The notes below the pieces were generated by a model, which saw only the letters and a program-made list of their open reading frames with translations, was not told the DNA's origin and made no database searches. From Erysipelotrichaceae bacterium (lineage in GTDB: Bacteria; Bacillota_I; Bacilli_A; Erysipelotrichales; Erysipelotrichaceae), in the NCBI GenBank assembly GCA_963676105.1, contig OY781039.1, forward strand, positions 1,740,001 to 1,772,000: 32,000 nt of DNA. The letters run 5' to 3'. The translations under genes and the position numbers were made by a program. Positions 31,989 to 32,000 of the stretch are shown in pieces (within the stretch, counting starts at the first letter, position 1; every line of letters begins with the position of its first letter).

Positions 31989-32000
31989 TGACAGCGCTTT
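31989..32000. promoter_or_regulatory. Truncated cre/LacI-type operator-like half palindrome overlapping a TTGACA
   Basis: TGACAGCGCTTT, compared with the cre core TGAAAGCGCTTTCA, shows 1 mismatch over the 12 visible nt. TTGACA lies at 31988-31993. The window edge cuts the site. Confidence 0.25.

Noticed and set aside
1-32000. Mollicute genetic code 4 (TGA read as Trp), considered because of the low GC content and the leaderless-looking genes.
   Set aside because: TGA terminates several well-supported genes at the expected length (GGDEF cyclase, fabG, birA, the Ppx/GppA gene). Conserved Trp positions are TGG, and the standard-code ORFs are full length.
1-32000. A search for CRISPR arrays, tRNA/rRNA genes, integrases, recombinases and recognisable defence genes.
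   Set aside because: I found no regularly spaced direct repeats, no tRNA-like or rRNA-like sequence, and no ORF with nuclease, integrase, methyltransferase or ATPase defence signatures. The only mobile DNA I can support is the 578-bp cassette.

Overview
This is a 32-kb chromosomal segment from a low-GC bacterium that looks like a Firmicute or Mollicute relative; the taxon is inference only. It uses the standard genetic code: TGA acts as a stop and Trp is TGG. Contents from left to right: (1) A Fur-family (PerR-like) regulator plus Dps, behind a 36-bp palindromic operator. (2) A five-gene operon of unknown function. It encodes a DUF134-type HTH fused to a NifX/NifB-like cofactor-binding domain with a His-rich tail, a second NifX-like paralog, a polytopic membrane protein with Cys-x(2,3)-Cys-Pro motifs, and two small membrane proteins, one with bis-heme-like His spacing. 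A perfect 20-bp palindrome whose core equals the Gram-positive LexA (Cheo) box precedes it. (3) A multi-TM GGDEF diguanylate cyclase. (4) An ECF sigma factor, a membrane anti-sigma-like protein, and a secreted protein built from five ~63-aa helical repeats. One copy of that repeat also sits near the extracytoplasmic C-terminus of the anti-sigma-like protein. (5) Glutamate synthase gltBD. (6) Two translationally coupled membrane proteins plus an M20 peptidase. (7) A 578-bp non-autonomous mobile element with 19-bp TIRs and an 8-bp TSD. It split an ancestral bidirectional terminator and carries a 41-aa membrane-peptide gene. (8) A tightly packed 13-gene type II fatty-acid synthesis operon: acpP-accB-accC-accD-accA-fabH-fabK-(second NMO-family paralog)-fabD-fabG-fabF-fabZ-plsC. 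(9) A class-I biotin protein ligase, a Ppx/GppA phosphatase and a LacI-family regulator. I saw no rRNA, tRNA or CRISPR array. The most interesting items are the mobile cassette, the sigma/anti-sigma/repeat-protein module and the DUF134-NifX-membrane operon.
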